Program-made: the position numbers and the translations under genes
NCBI GenBank assembly: GCA_028534125.1
Contig: CM052816.1
Span: 21,206,001-21,270,000 of the forward strand
Origin: Lama glama
Taxonomy: Eukaryota
Direction of reading: 5' to 3'
Length of the DNA: 64,000 nucleotides
In this document: positions 11,481 to 24,635 of the stretch, in pieces
Layout of the letters: each line of letters starts with the position of its first letter
Numbering within the stretch: the stretch's first letter is position 1
The notes under the pieces: generated by a model
The model's database searches: none
Told to the model about the DNA's origin: nothing
The model's input: only the letters and a program-made list of their open reading frames with translations

Positions 11481-12339
11481 TGCTCTTTAGGTTAATCTTA
11501 TCAGCTGGGGGTTGCTGCTGGCTTTTTGCTTTGCATAAAAGGAGGAGGCCACAGGTGTCCGAATTTGTTTTAGTGCAACCCTCCTGGGGAAAGATAGAGT
11601 AATATCAAGAAAGTTTGACTTGATTAGTCTTTCAGCCTGGCTTCTTCCAAGTATGGGTGGCATCTGGGAAACTCTCCTTTTGTGGAAAAGCTGATCTGGG
11701 GTTCTTTCTCTGGGTAGAAGGCACGTAACGGGCGCAGATTCTCTCCTGTCCCAGCACTCAGGCATTCTGTTCTTCCAGATTCGGGATTTTGGCCAAGGAC
11801 AAGTAACATCAGGGCTCAGTTTGGGTCACATCAGTTCACACAATTAGGGGGCTTTAGGCAAGACATGTCGATCCCTAGGTTTCAAGGATGACCACTTTCA
11901 AAACAGAATTTAAATACATGCTCAGCTGATTAGGAAAAAGTGCCATAGTCTGAAATCAGTTGCCCTGGTCAATGTGCCACCACTTGCCCAGGTTCCTCAG
12001 TCTAATTCCCGTGGACCTGGTGAGGCCCTGAGCATCCCCACCATTCACTCAGATGCAGAAGGATTCCTACGTCCCAGATGCCACTGCTTTTTCCTCCTTG
12101 AGCCTTTCCTTCTCTTTCACTTCCCTTCTCTTGGTTTCTGACCTTCCTCTCCCTACTGATTTCCCCTGGAAGATCACACAGAAAAGATACTGCTAAGGTC
12201 CTTCCTGTGCTTTGGATTTTGTTATAGTGCCTTGCACTCTGTGAAGGAAAGGATCTGGATAATTCTATCAGGAAGGTCCTGGAACCCTATTTAGGATCCT
12301 TCCCTTGGGGCTGTGCAGGCAGTTTGCCAAACTCGGTGC

Positions 12340-13080
12340 CTTGGCTTCTGACACCAACTGTTCTGTTGAGCTAGACTTCATAGGTTAAGGACATAGTCTC
12401 CATTAGACTGCCTACACTTCACACACTAGCTGCAAATTCAGGAGTCCCCAGTCCACCCTCACTTCTGGCCAGCTGGCTCCAAGTTTGAGTTCCCACTGTC
12501 CTCTCAGGTTCAATAATTTGCTAGAATGACTCACAGAACTCAGGAAAACACTATACATAAGGTTATAGTTTAATTATAGCAAAAGGATACCAGTCAGACC
12601 CAAAAGAAGAGACACGGAAGGTAAAGTCTAGGACGGTCTCAGATATGAAGCTTCCTGTCTTCTCCCCATGGAGGCAGAAAGTGTCACTTCCCCAGTACCT
12701 TGATGTGTGACTCCACTCAGTGTATGCCAACCAGGGCAGCTCATCTTAGCTTCAATGTCCAGTTTTACTGGGGTGTCATTCAGTAGGCGTGGCTGATCGA
12801 ATCAGTGGCTATTTGGTTGACCCCATCTTTCAGCCCCTTCCCTAGCTCTTATCACAATAGCTTAATGGTGTGACCAGTCTCCACTTTGAGTGGCCCCATT
12901 AGCATAAACTCTCAGGGCTTGCCAGGAGTAGCAAAGACACTCTTATCACTTGGAAAATCCCAAGGATTTAGGGGCTACCTCCCAGGAACTTGACAGAGAC
13001 CAGTCACATTCCTTATTCAAGGGGTTTAGAGGTTACTTCCCAAGAGCCAGAACAAAGGTCAGACTTCTCTGGGTGGGTTC
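12340..13080. mobile_element. MER21-like LTR
   Basis: ttctgacaccaactg...aggttaagg...caggttcaataatttgctagaatgactcacagaactcaggaaa resembles MER21-family LTR consensus as recalled. Confidence 0.6.
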
Positions 13081-13084
13081 ATTT

Positions 13085-15150
13085 TTTTTAAATAGGTATT
13101 TATCTTTTTTCCAGTTTTATTGAGATATGATTGACATACAGCACTGTATAAGTTTAAAGTGTACAGCATGGTGATTTAACATATAGTGAAATGATTACGA
13201 TAAGTTTAGTTAACACCCATCATCTAATATAGGTACAACAACAAAAAAATTTTTTTTTCCTTGTGATGAGGATTTTAGGATTTACTCTCTTAACAACTTT
13301 CTTTTTTTAAAATGTCTCCTTTATTCACAATGTATTTCTTTTCTTTTTTTTAAATTGAAGTATAGTCAGTTTACAATGTGTCGATTTCTGGTGTACAGCA
13401 CAGTACTTCAGTCATATAGGAACATACATATATTCATTTTCATATTCTTTTTCACCATAGGTTACTATAAGGTATTGAACATAGTTTCCTGTGCTATACT
13501 TTATAAACTTATTATTTATCTGTTTTATGTATATTAGTTAGTATCTACAAATCTCAAACTCCCCATTTATTTCTCCCCACCCCCCAGCAACCACAAGTCT
13601 GTATTCTATGTCTGTGAGTCTGTTTCTAAGTCTAAATAAATAAGTTTGTCTTTTTTTTTTTTTTGGATTTCACATATAAGTGATATCATATGGTATTTTT
13701 CTTTCTCTTTCTGGCTTACTTCACTTAGAATGACATTCTCCAGGTCCATCTATGTTGCTGCAAATGACATTATTTTACTATTATTTATGGCTGAGTAGTA
13801 TTCTACTGTATAAATATACCACAGCTTCTTTATCCAGTCATCTGTCAATGGACATTTAGGTTGTTTCCATGTCTTGGCTATTGTAAATAGTGTTGCTATG
13901 AACATTGGGGTGCATGTATCATTTTGAATTAAGGTTCCCTCTGGATATATGCCCAGGAATGGGATTGCTGGATCATATGGTAAGTCTATTTTTAGTCTTT
14001 TGAGGAATCTCTATACTGTTTTCCATAATGGCTGCACTAAACTACATTCCCACCGAGAGTATAGGAGGGTTCACTTTTCTCCACATCCTCTCCAGCATTT
14101 ACCATTTGTGGACTTTTGAATGATGGCCATTCTGACTGGTGTGAGGTAATACCTCATCGTAGTTTTGATTTGCATTTCTCTGATAACTAGTGATACTGAG
14201 CATTTTTTCCACGTACCTATTGGCCATTCGTATGTCTTCATTAGAGAATTGCTTGTTTAGGTCTTCTGCCCATTTTTGGATTTGGTTGTTTGTTTTTTCT
14301 TGTTAAGTTGTATGAGCTCTTAACAACTTTCAAATATACCACACAGCAGTGTTAACTGTAGTCATCATGTACATTACATCCCTAGTACTTATTTATCTCA
14401 TAACTGGAAGTTTGTACCTTTTGACCGCCTTCATCCAATTCCCCCTCCCCCCAATCCCCACTTATAGTAACCACAATCTGACCCTTTTTTCTGTGAGTTT
14501 GGTTTTATTTTGTTTTTTTTAGTTTCACGTATAGGTGAGATCATGCAGTATTTGTCTTCATCTATCTGAGTTTTCATTTAGCATAATGCCTTCGAGGTCC
14601 ATCCATGTTGTCACAGATGGCAGGGGTTCCTTATTTTTATGGCTGCATACTATTCCATTGTATATATACCACAACTTTTTTTTATTTATCCATTTGTCTA
14701 TTGATGGACACTTGGGTTGTTTCCATACCTTGCCTGTTGTGAATAACGCTGCTCTGAAAATGGTAGTGCAGGTATGTTTTTGCGTTAGTGGTTTTGTTTC
14801 TTTGGATATATTCCGAGAAATGGAATTGCTGGATTGTATGGTAGTTCTATTTTTAATTTTTTGAGGAACTTCCATACTGTTTTCCTTAGTAGCTGTACCA
14901 ATTCACATTCCCATCAGCAGTGCATGAGGCTTCCCTTTTCTCCACATCCTCACCAACATTCTTGTCTTATTGAGGATAGCTATTCTAACAGGTGTGAGGT
15001 GTATCTCATTGTGGTTTTGATTTGTATTTCCCTGATGATTAGTGATGCTGAATACTTTTTCATGAACCTGTTGGCCATTTGTATATCTTCTTTGGAAAAA
15101 TGCCTATACAAGTTCTTTGTTCACTTTTAAATTAGATTATTTGTGTTTGT
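13085..15150 (-). mobile_element. Older L1 3' end hosting a nested younger L1
   Basis: Antisense L1 3'UTR/ORF2 C-terminus (ORF 14558..14875 ...[19 protein letters not shown]...). Split at 13302-14316. Confidence 0.8.
13302..14316 (-). mobile_element. 5'-truncated lineage-specific L1 (~1 kb)
   Basis: 15-bp TSD CTCTTAACAACTTTC at 13287-13301 and 14317-14331. Highly similar to 54960-55945. Confidence 0.9.
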
Positions 15151-15545
15151 TTGCTGGGGTAAGTTTGTTCTTTGCTATGTAAATGGGGGAGTTAATAAGA
15201 AGGGCAGACTTCCTTCCAGGATAGGTAGAGACTTCAAATCCAGATTAACAATTATCTGGAGTAAAATGGTGCATGCTCCTTTCTTAAGGAAAGGTTTAAG
15301 TTAAAACAGGAGTAACCTTGGAAGTGCAGACAGACTGGAGGAGAGTCTAGGGTGCAGAGCACACCTCTCCAAGCCTTGGGGTTTGAGGGAGAGCTGGTGA
15401 GGAGGAGAGGTCAGCAGGATCCTGGTGTGTGGGGAAGGCAATAGAAAAGCTATCTATGTATTAAACAGTTGTTTTTTTGAGCACCTGCCTTTGCTGTGGA
15501 CAAGACCCTGGGCTTGAGGTTCTAGGGGCAAAGATGTGAGTCAGA

Positions 15546-15964
15546 AACATGGATGCTTCTGGAGAATGTCATTCTAAGCAAAGTTAGCCAGAAAGAGAAA
15601 GAAAAATACCATATGAGATTGCTCATATGTGGAATCTAAAAAACAAAAACAAAAACAAACAAACAAAAGCAAAGCGTAAATACAGGACAGAAATAGACTC
15701 ACAGACAGAGAATACAGACTTGTGGTTACCAGGGGGGCGGAGGGTGGGAAGGGATAGACTGGGATTTCAAAACTGTAGAATAGATAAGCAAGATTACACT
15801 GTATAGCACAGGGAAATATACACAAAATGTTATGATAACTCACGGAGGAAAAAATGTGACAATGAGTGTGTATATGTCCATGAATGACTGAAAAATTGTG
15901 CTGAAACTGGAATTTGACACAACATTGTACAATGATTATAATCAATAAAAAATGTTAAAAAAAA
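15546..15964 (+). mobile_element. Young L1 3' end fragment
   Basis: ORF2 C-terminus (W M L L E N V I L S ... I C G I *), 3'UTR, AATAAA and A-tail. Near-identical to the flanks of the gapped copy at 42959-43685. Confidence 0.85.
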
Positions 15965-16449
15965 GAATCATTCTGATCAACCACAAAAAAAAAAGAAAAG
16001 GAATATAATTTGGGATGCATAGTTCAGAAGCAGAATATAGTTTCTTTTTTCTTTTCTTTCGATGGAAAAAGGATAAACTTCCCAGGCTGTCAGGGACTGA
16101 CCAGAAGTTCCCCTTGAAGGGTAGAAGGGAAAAACAGCTGTCCTCCCCGCAGTTTGGCACCACGACAGCCGTGCATGTGGCCAGGCGTGCGGAGGCCCGG
16201 AAGGCAGACCATAGCCAGCCCCCACAAAGGGGCCTCTCCCAGCCTGCAGAAGGCCCAGGCAGGTGGAACGCCCCAACACACAGAGACATGTTGAAGGCTC
16301 TTCTGGGCCCTGGCCGTGTCCATCAGAGGCTCCCTTCCCTCTCCCCATCCTGAGAGCTGAGACCAGCGCTAACACCTGTGAGGCAGCTGCTCTCACCCTG
16401 AGCTGTGCACAAGAGCTTTTGTTCCAGGCCCTGGAACGTAGCAGGTATG

Positions 16450-16860
16450 AGCGCTGGGTTTTGTTGCCCAGTAAACAAGCCTTTTGTCAACTATATGACG
16501 GTGGGAAGATCACTAACTCTCTGTTTCCTCACCTGTGAAATGGGAATAATGTAGCTCCGCCTCAGGAATTCCTGTGAGGAGCCAGTGAGAGATTCCATGG
16601 AAGGTGCTTGGCACACATCACCCCATGAAAAGTGGCTGTTCCTGGAGGCCCTTGGAGCATGTGGTGGGCCTTGGCAGCCCGTCAGTCCTGGCTGCCCTGC
16701 CTTCTCGCTGTGCCGCCTTAGACATGGCCCTCAGCCTCTTCTGTATGCTGGGGGTCATAGTTGAATGTGAGGTTGTGCTGAAGATGAGATAAGTTCATGT
16801 TTTTATAGTAGTCAGACTAGTGCCTGTCACACAGTGAGTGTGTTAGTATTATTATTAACT
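16450..16860 (+). mobile_element. Two adjacent MIR SINEs
   Basis: ctgtttcctcacctgtgaaatgggaataat...gtgcttggcaca, plus a second degenerate copy ending ttagtattattatt. Confidence 0.55.
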
Positions 16861-19059
16861 GTGTCTTTGGTTGGTTAGATGACTGTGTACTTAAATCTGT
16901 TAGGAAACCCGAGTGCAGACAGGGACAGTGGAGGTTTTGCTAGTGGACCCTTCCCCACATCTGTGTCTCTTGGATGTGTCTCTTTCTTTGTCTTTGAGGC
17001 CCCGTCACTGTTTTGGGTAGTCACTGTGGCTCTTTTGCTTCCGTATCTGGATTCATTTTGGGAAACAGCTACTGTGGTGATGCCTTACATAGAAAGCATT
17101 TCCTGCAGGAAAGTCGGTGTAATAAAAATGCTGGGAGGGTGGAGGAGCAGGCTCCAGGCTGGGTCCAGGACTCTGATGACCCACAGGAAGGACCACTACC
17201 CCTGAGGCTGCCACTGCAGGCCTGGAGCTCAAGGGCACACCCCCAGGCTGCCATCCCTGCACCCACAAACTGCTCCAGGGGAAAACCTCATCCCCACACC
17301 CCAGCCCAAGGGAGGATGGTGTCTGCCTCCCCAGTGCCCACAACAGCTCTCTGGAGAGCTATTCACACCCAGACTCTAACTTCAGAGATGTCTGAGAGCT
17401 GGGGTTGTCTTGAAAGCTTGGAGGTTGAGCAGAGCAGCCAGTCTCCCTGGGCTGCTGGCTGATGATTCCTGCCTGTCCAGCCATCCCCAGGGCCCGCCCC
17501 ACCCTGAGTCACACAGAAGAGCCCTTTCCAACTCCTCATGGGCTTATTCATGAAAAAAAGTTGGACTCCTCAAAGGGAGTGATACTTAGCAGAAATTGGT
17601 ATATGTAGGCCTTAGCTCGGAGCAGGGGACTGGAGGGTGGGGCAGGGGGGCAGCAGTGGGAGGCCTGAAGGCGGGAGCTGTCTGAGGAACTGAAGGAAGT
17701 TGATGGGCTAGGACACTGCAGTTCATCCTGTGAGAGAGGGAGTTGGCTTGGAGGGTGAGAGGGTGAGTACTGTGCTCTGGGAGTTACTCGGCAGCAGTAA
17801 TGCTGACGTGAGGGCCCTGTGTTCTGGACTCAGTGGGCCCTGGTTGTTCTGAACCCCACCTTGCCACTTACTCTCTTGATGACCTTGAAAAAGTACCCTG
17901 TCCAGAGTTCTCTGTCAAACTGGGCTAATAATAGGGGCATGAAACGACTATATGAGGTAATAAATACAGTGTTTGGTGTGCCTGTCTTGTAGGAAGCCCA
18001 TAAATGCCAACTCTCATTGTCATTTACATCATCATCATTATCAGTAGCTCTTGGAATTGGCTGAATCTGAGGGTAAGGAAGAATGGGAAGGCACAGAGGA
18101 CTCCAGGCTTCTGGCTTGGGGAAGTTCACAGAGAGGGCAGCTGAGAAGGTGGGGTGGTGGGACCATGAATTGAAGCACCTGCTGCTGGGGCCGCAGCTCT
18201 GACCTGAGGAGGGCCTGAGTTGTGGACACAGAGGGTGCGGCGGTCAAGGGAAGGACAGTACTGCCCTGGGGTAGGGGGAGAAAAGAGAGGGAACAAGAAA
18301 CAACTGTGGCACTTCAGTGACACGGAGCGGATAGGAAGGAGAAGAGGCAGGCAGCTGTGGCGTGAGAACGCTGGAGGACAAGTGGGTGGTCAGCTGGTCA
18401 GCAGGGTCAGATGTTCTTGGGTCAGGCAAGATAAGGGCGGAGCACTTCCTCTGGATTTAGTGATAGGAGATAATCAGTGACATCAGTGAGGTGGCTTCTG
18501 GAATGCAGTGGGCTCTGATGCCCGAGGCACACGGGCTCACCAAGTAGAAACAGTGGTGTCAATGCGTTTTGGAAGGCAGGTTTGTAGGGGTGCTGGCTGT
18601 GAGTGGTACGGGATCCCAGGTGGTCAGTAGTTATTTTTTTTAAATGGGATACACTTGAGCACACACTTCTCCAGCTCAGGAAATGGCAGCTCCACACACC
18701 AGGGTTCAAACCTCCTGTACCTCACACCCAATCTGGCACCAAAGCCTTTGCCTTCAGACTCTAGCCGGAGTTGTGTGGTATGCTGGCTTAGAATTGGGGC
18801 AGGTGGAGCAGAGATGAAACAAAATTGGCCAAAAGTTGCTAACTGTTGATGTTGGGCAGTGGATACTCTGAAGTTGCTTTTGTACTTGTTTGAAATTTCT
18901 CATAATAAAGGATTTTTAAGACTTGTATCAATAGAAAAATATGTATTTAATATTTATATTTGTGTATTATATAATATCATATATTCCTAATTTTTGCATG
19001 CCATATATAATACAATGTTGATGTAAATGATGTATAAAAATAAGTGCATGCTATATGGA

Positions 19060-19695
19060 TTACATACACATCTCCAGAATCTGACCACATCCCACTCTCC
19101 AGTGCCACATCCACCGTCATTTCCTACCTGGGTTTCTGCAGGAGCCTCCTCACTAGTCATACTGCTCCCTCCCTTGACCAGATGGTCTGGTCTTCACATA
19201 GCAGCCAGAGTGCTTCTGTTGGGTGCCAACCAGACCATGTGGCTCCATCCTGCTTGGAGTCCTGCCCGCCCCCTGCCCTGGCCACACAGATGCTTGGAGG
19301 AGCGTTTCAGCTTGTTCTTGCCAAGACTTTGACACCTGCTTTCCCCTCTCCCTGGTCAGTTCCCTCCATTGTTAATGCCTTTCTTAGCCACCCCCCTTGC
19401 CCCGCCCCACCACACACACACTTCATCCATGTCTTGGTTCTATTCTATTTCACCAGGGACACTTCTCTGACCTCCCCTCACAACAGAGCAGCCTCTACCT
19501 GCCCTTGCAGCCCCCTGACTGCTCCATTGCCCTCCATAGCACTCATTATCCCCTGCACACCGTGTGTTATCTTGTTTGTGCATCCGGTCTGCCCACCAGA
19601 GGTAGCCTTGTTTTATTTACCGTGCATCCCTAGAACCTAGAGCAGTGTCTGGCACCTAGTAAAGGCCTCAATAGATACTTGTTGAATGAATGAAT
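19060..19695 (+). mobile_element. L2 3' end
   Basis: Ends ...cctagagcagtgtctggcacctagtaaaggcctcaatagatacttgttgaatgaatgaat, the L2 tail. Confidence 0.75.
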
Positions 19696-20689
19696 TTCAC
19701 AGAGAGGGCAGCTGAGATTTGGCCTAACTAATGACAAGGGAAATCAGGGGCACAGCTGAGACTTGAAACCAGGTCTGCTTGGGCCCTAAAGTCCTCCCTC
19801 CAACCTCCTAGAGAAGGCAGAGGAAATGGGATCCTGGGCACAGATGTAGGGAGGAGACAGGGACAGGAAACAAGGGGAGGAGGGAGCCAGGCAGGCAAGG
19901 CTGTGGACTCCAGCTTTGCTGAGTGGATGGTTAAGTAGCTCCTTCTGAGAGAGAGAAGCTGGCTGAGGAGTCTGCAGGACCTCTCCATCTGCCCCCAGGA
20001 CGTGATGTCACTTCAGCCTCAGAGCTGGTGGTCCACCCTCCCCCATCTTCACCCCTCTGGTCTTCCTGCCCCAGCCAAGCAGGCTAGGTTAGGTGAAGAG
20101 TCCCAAGAATGGAGCATCTTGCTCTCTCTTCACCAACACAGGATCTGATTAGCCCAAGAAGATCCAGCCCATGGGAGGAATAGTGCAGGACCTCCTGTGT
20201 CACAGGCCCCTGCAGAGGCCCACTTCCTCTCTTGAAACAGCCACTCCCAGGGAAGAGCTAGAAGTGAATTTAGGGGTCCTGGGCTAGTGCATCCAGGAAG
20301 CACTGTGGGCCCTTCCCAGCCCTGGCCTTGATCAGCTCCCTCATGGACCAGACAGACATCGAACTCCATGGTCTTTTGCTTTTTTATTTATTTTTTTGAA
20401 TTAAACTTGTCTCTGTCCCCTAGTGGGAAATAAATATATGCTCCTTCTAAAGAGAAGATGTGGAGAAACCGAGATTAGAAGAAAGAGAAGGCAATAGATG
20501 AGAAACCACTTTTCTTATATGGCGGCCCCTCCTGGCCTAGGGCCCTGGGCTCAGCAGTGGGTACGGACCCTCTCGTCCCTCAGAGGCCATCAGCTCTGGT
20601 CTACAGGGGTCACCACAGCCAGCTCAGGCTTCCCGCCCCCATGGGTTTCAGGAAGAGCCCTTGAGCCCCACACTTGTCCAAGTGATGCA

Positions 20690-21090
20690 GAGAGCGGAGC
20701 TGACGAGAGTTGCTATATTTAATTTTGTCATCTGCGTCACTGGTGACCACACGGCAGCATCTGCCCAGGCAGCGTGCGGGTTGGCGTTTCTGAATGACAC
20801 TTTGAGAGAATCACTTTCCACAAGAGAAGACACTCAGGAGGGGAAGGGAGAGAGCGCAACAGAAAGTGAGGTTGTAAGTAGAAAATCGCTTCTGGGATTT
20901 CAAATGGCTTCGTCATGGGGCCCTCCCTTGCTGCCGAGAAATCAGTTGATCTGGGAAAGTTTGTTGCAAACCCTCTGCTCTGTTGCTTTTGGGTGGAGCC
21001 GAGAAACGAGTGAAGATAATGAGACTTTGTGACTTTTATTTTTCAGAGTAGGAGTGGGCAGCATGTGTGGGAGGGGTTCTGACACCAGCT
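20690..21090. promoter_or_regulatory. CNS-1 IL4/IL13 intergenic enhancer
   Basis: Contains tctgcgtcactggtgaccacac (~20731-20751) and ggccctcccttgctgccgagaaatcag (~20919-20945), which I recall as conserved CNS-1 segments. GATA site gaagataatg at ~21012. Position ~3 kb 3' of IL13. Confidence 0.75.
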
Positions 21091-23329
21091 TGGACCTCTA
21101 GAAAGTCTGGGTCCCTGGCCTGTGTGTCCCAGGCCAGGCTGCCCTGTCTGCACACAGCCTGGGCCTTCTTAGAAGGGAATCAGCTCAAAGGAAGAGCAGT
21201 TTTTGAGTTTGCTCAAACTGACCAGTGAATTAAGATCATAAGCAAAGGCACTTCCCTGTTGATCATAACGAAAAAATGATAAGCTGATGGATTCGATAAA
21301 CCCCAGCCTTCAAGCTGCTGGGTCACAAGGAAATGAGATGATGGCCCTTGTCCTCCTGGGTCTTGAGCAGTTCAGACAGCCAGCCTCAGAGGAACCCCTG
21401 AGGTGACTCGGAGTCTTTTCTGACACCTCATCTGAGCAGCAAACAGAGGTGTTTGGTGCCAAGTTCACTGGAAACTTGAGTGTATGTCTCACTTCCCACT
21501 TGAGCCCCAGCCCCTCTTCCAGTGAAACCTCCCAGGCCTGGGGTTCCCGGGGTGCCAAGGGGCTCCCCACCCTGGGCCCCACGACCAGTATCTCCCTCCC
21601 ACTCACCAAGCACTCTGTCTCTTCCTGATGCCCCTTCTCTCTGGGCCTTGCTCAGGGTTTGCCTTGTGCCTGAGAGGAGTGAGACCACATGGTTAGAGAA
21701 AACTCCCAGCAGATACCTGAGGGGGTCAGTCCCCAGGTAGTGATGCTCCCAGCTTCAAGAGCTGACACATACCTTTTTTTCTCTCTTTTCTTTATCTCTC
21801 ATTCCTGGCTGGGCCCATCTTCCTGTTGCCGCCAGCAGAGGCTTGGTTCTGTGGTTCTGATAGGTCTGTCATTCCTGGAAGGCCCCAAGCTCCCTCTGGC
21901 TCACTGCCCACTGCCAGTAACCACAGGCTCCTGTCTGGGGTACAGTCTTGGAAGAGGAGGTGCAGGCAGGAGCTATGGGTGGTTGAGGATGTGGTGCGCT
22001 GCAGACCCCTAGTGGTGGGCTCTGGTGGCCCTGTTGGCACTGTGCACCCAGTACGGCTTGGAATGTATCGTTGGGAAATCATAAGAGACCCTCCTCCATG
22101 TCAACCTCAGTTCCAGCCTCTGTTCTTGGAAAATTCACATGGAATCTCACCAGAAATCTTTCCATCTTCCTTTTGGACAGTCAGGCCAAGGCCATGGTTG
22201 GGCAGAGAAGACATGGGTCAAAGGTGATGCTACCAGAGAATGGATCACTAAGTTTTGTAGTTTTAAAAAAAATATACATTCTTCTGGCCTTAAAAATCCT
22301 CAAATCTCTGGATGGAAGGATAGTGGAGATTTTGCCCCTTACAACCACCCTTGAGTTTGGAATCTCCTATCCTCCCAGAATAGAGCATCCATCTCCAGAC
22401 TCTCTGTTGTTTAAAGACTTCTTTCTGCTTCTAAACTTTAAGTGCATGTGGTGTCTTGGTCATCTCTAGCCCAGACAGTTGGTGTGGTGCAGGCCACAAG
22501 AACAGTGTGACTTAACAGGTTCTGAGACCTCTTTGGCACAGAGACAATCACTTCCCACCCTGGACAGCCGGTGAGACACCCAGCTCCCGTGCCCCATCCC
22601 AGGTCTTTCCTCCCCAGCTCAGCATCCCCAGATCCCTGCATAGTTTATCGTGGCTTCTTCCCTCGCCTCTGTCTGGGTGCATGTGAGAGGTCCACTCTAT
22701 TTGAGTGGCCCCTGGAGCAAGCTGCTGTGGTCATCTGCACCCTGGACAGGTCCTGCTGTGGCCTCTGTTGCCTGACTCACTCATGGTATGAGCTCTCCTG
22801 GGTGGCTGCCTCCACTGACTTCTGGGCATCGCTGTAGGTGTTCTCACAGGGCTCTGGGCTCCCCAGGGAGGGCGCCTGCCTGCCACTCAGCATTTAAGAC
22901 TGATCTCTGGTGACCCACCACCCACTCACTGCAAGAGGCATCCTGTCCTTCCAAAGATTCACAGTGTAAACCGCGGCTGATAGCAGGCCCAGGGGCTGTG
23001 GCTTGCTGAGGCCTGCTGCTTCCTGTGCTCCATGTGCTGGCCTGGGCCAAGGGAGAAGCAAAAAGACTTGCTTGGAGGAGCAGTCTGACCAGGACCCTAC
23101 AACCTTAGCGGTCCACCCTAGTCACTCCACAGTCCAGGGGCTGCAAGTCATTGGTGTGTCTTTGTTCAGAGGTGGTGAGTGTGCACTCAGTAGTGCTGAG
23201 AGGTGTCCAGACGTAGAACAGGCTGTCCCTAAAGAGTTAAGTAGTGAGCTCCCCCTCAGGGGAGGTGCCCACACCTGCTGAGGACACAATTATACAGGTT
23301 GTGCATTCAGGCCAGATGATGTTTGGACA

Positions 23330-23455
23330 GAGGTACGCAGGGTGGTTAAGTGTGTGGGCTTTGGAGTTGGATTGAGTTCGGGCTTCAAATCCTGACTTTG
23401 CTTCTTAGCGGCTATGGGACCTTGGGCAAGCCACTTTCGCTTCCCCGAGCCTCAG
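23330..23455 (+). mobile_element. MIR SINE
   Basis: gtggttaagtgtgtgggctttggag...ttcaaatcctgactttgc...accttgggcaagccactt...gagcctcag. Confidence 0.7.
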
Positions 23456-23809
23456 AGAGGGTCTGAGGGAGACACCAGAGGGTGTGTGGGTGGAGCCAGA
23501 CACAAACTGGCCACTCATGAAGATCTGTAGCCATGAGCGACTTCCATGATCTCTGCCTGCTCCAGATGCCTTCCTTGAACCCTGACACCCTGGCCCTGTG
23601 GGTGGTCGTTGAGGGACTTCCTCCTGGCCAGGTCTCCTCTCCCCAGGGGCTTGCCTACTTTCTTTCAGCCCAAGTCTTGTCCCTCACTCCCCATCCATTC
23701 CACCCTAGGCCCCCTCCTCCAACTGGTCTTAAAGAAAAGCTCCTCAGAGTCTTAAGAACACAGGCCAACATCCCCAAAGGTCAAAATAAAAGGCAAAAAC
23801 CGTCAGATC

Positions 23810-24635
23810 TCTTGTAACCATCTTTATTTCCAGCTTCCAACTTGACAAAGTCAATGCAACAACTAATTCAATGACCCCTCCCCCAATCCCCACATACCAT
23901 ATGCAGTGTTCTAGGCTGCTATTCTATATATTATTAACTCTTTGATAACATATTTTAATACTTTAAATACAAGGAAAAACAATAAATTACTTGGTTGAAG
24001 GCCAACTGCTGGCTGGCAGACAAGAGTGGCCCTGTCTACTGTCCCTGCCTTGGCCCCAGGACCCCAGTGAGGTAGCAGAAGTTTGTGTACAGTACTTATT
24101 CCCAGGGCTTCCTAATGCCCACTGCGTTAGTGCTGGAGCCTCAAGTCTCCAGGCCCTTGGCTCCAAGTTTTGGCAGTAACAGTCCCTTCCTATCCCCAGT
24201 ACAGACAAAAACACTTGTTTAAATAACACATAATAATAAATAAGACCAAGAAGAAATGTGCCTAGGCTGCTCTCTGCCTTAGTTGCCCCTGTGTAAAGCA
24301 GGTCCCTCTTTCACCGTGTGTCCAGCCAGGGTTGCACCCACTGAAATGCTACAGTTTGCACTAAGGTTGGGGAAGTTGTGTGGGACAACATCCACCCTTG
24401 TCCACTGAGCTTGGAGCCCTGGATGCAAGAGGCTTTCCAGGCTGAGCCCCAGGCACCAAGGCAAGGGGTAGCTGGGGTCGGCTAGGCTCAAGGCAGACAG
24501 CACAGGCTGAAGTCTAAGCTAAGGAAATCTTACCCCCCCAACCCTCCTCCAGTCTTCGCAAGAAATTTCTGACATCTGAAAGAAAAATGAATCTGCAATT
24601 TAAATGGTCAGGGTCCCTCTCTGCAAATAATAATG
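23810..24635 (-). terminator. IL13: IL13 3'UTR with AREs and polyadenylation signal
   Basis: AATAAA (minus) at 23823-23828. ATTTA pentamers at 23964-23968, 23983-23987, 24220-24224, 24237-24241 and 24601-24605. Confidence 0.8.
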
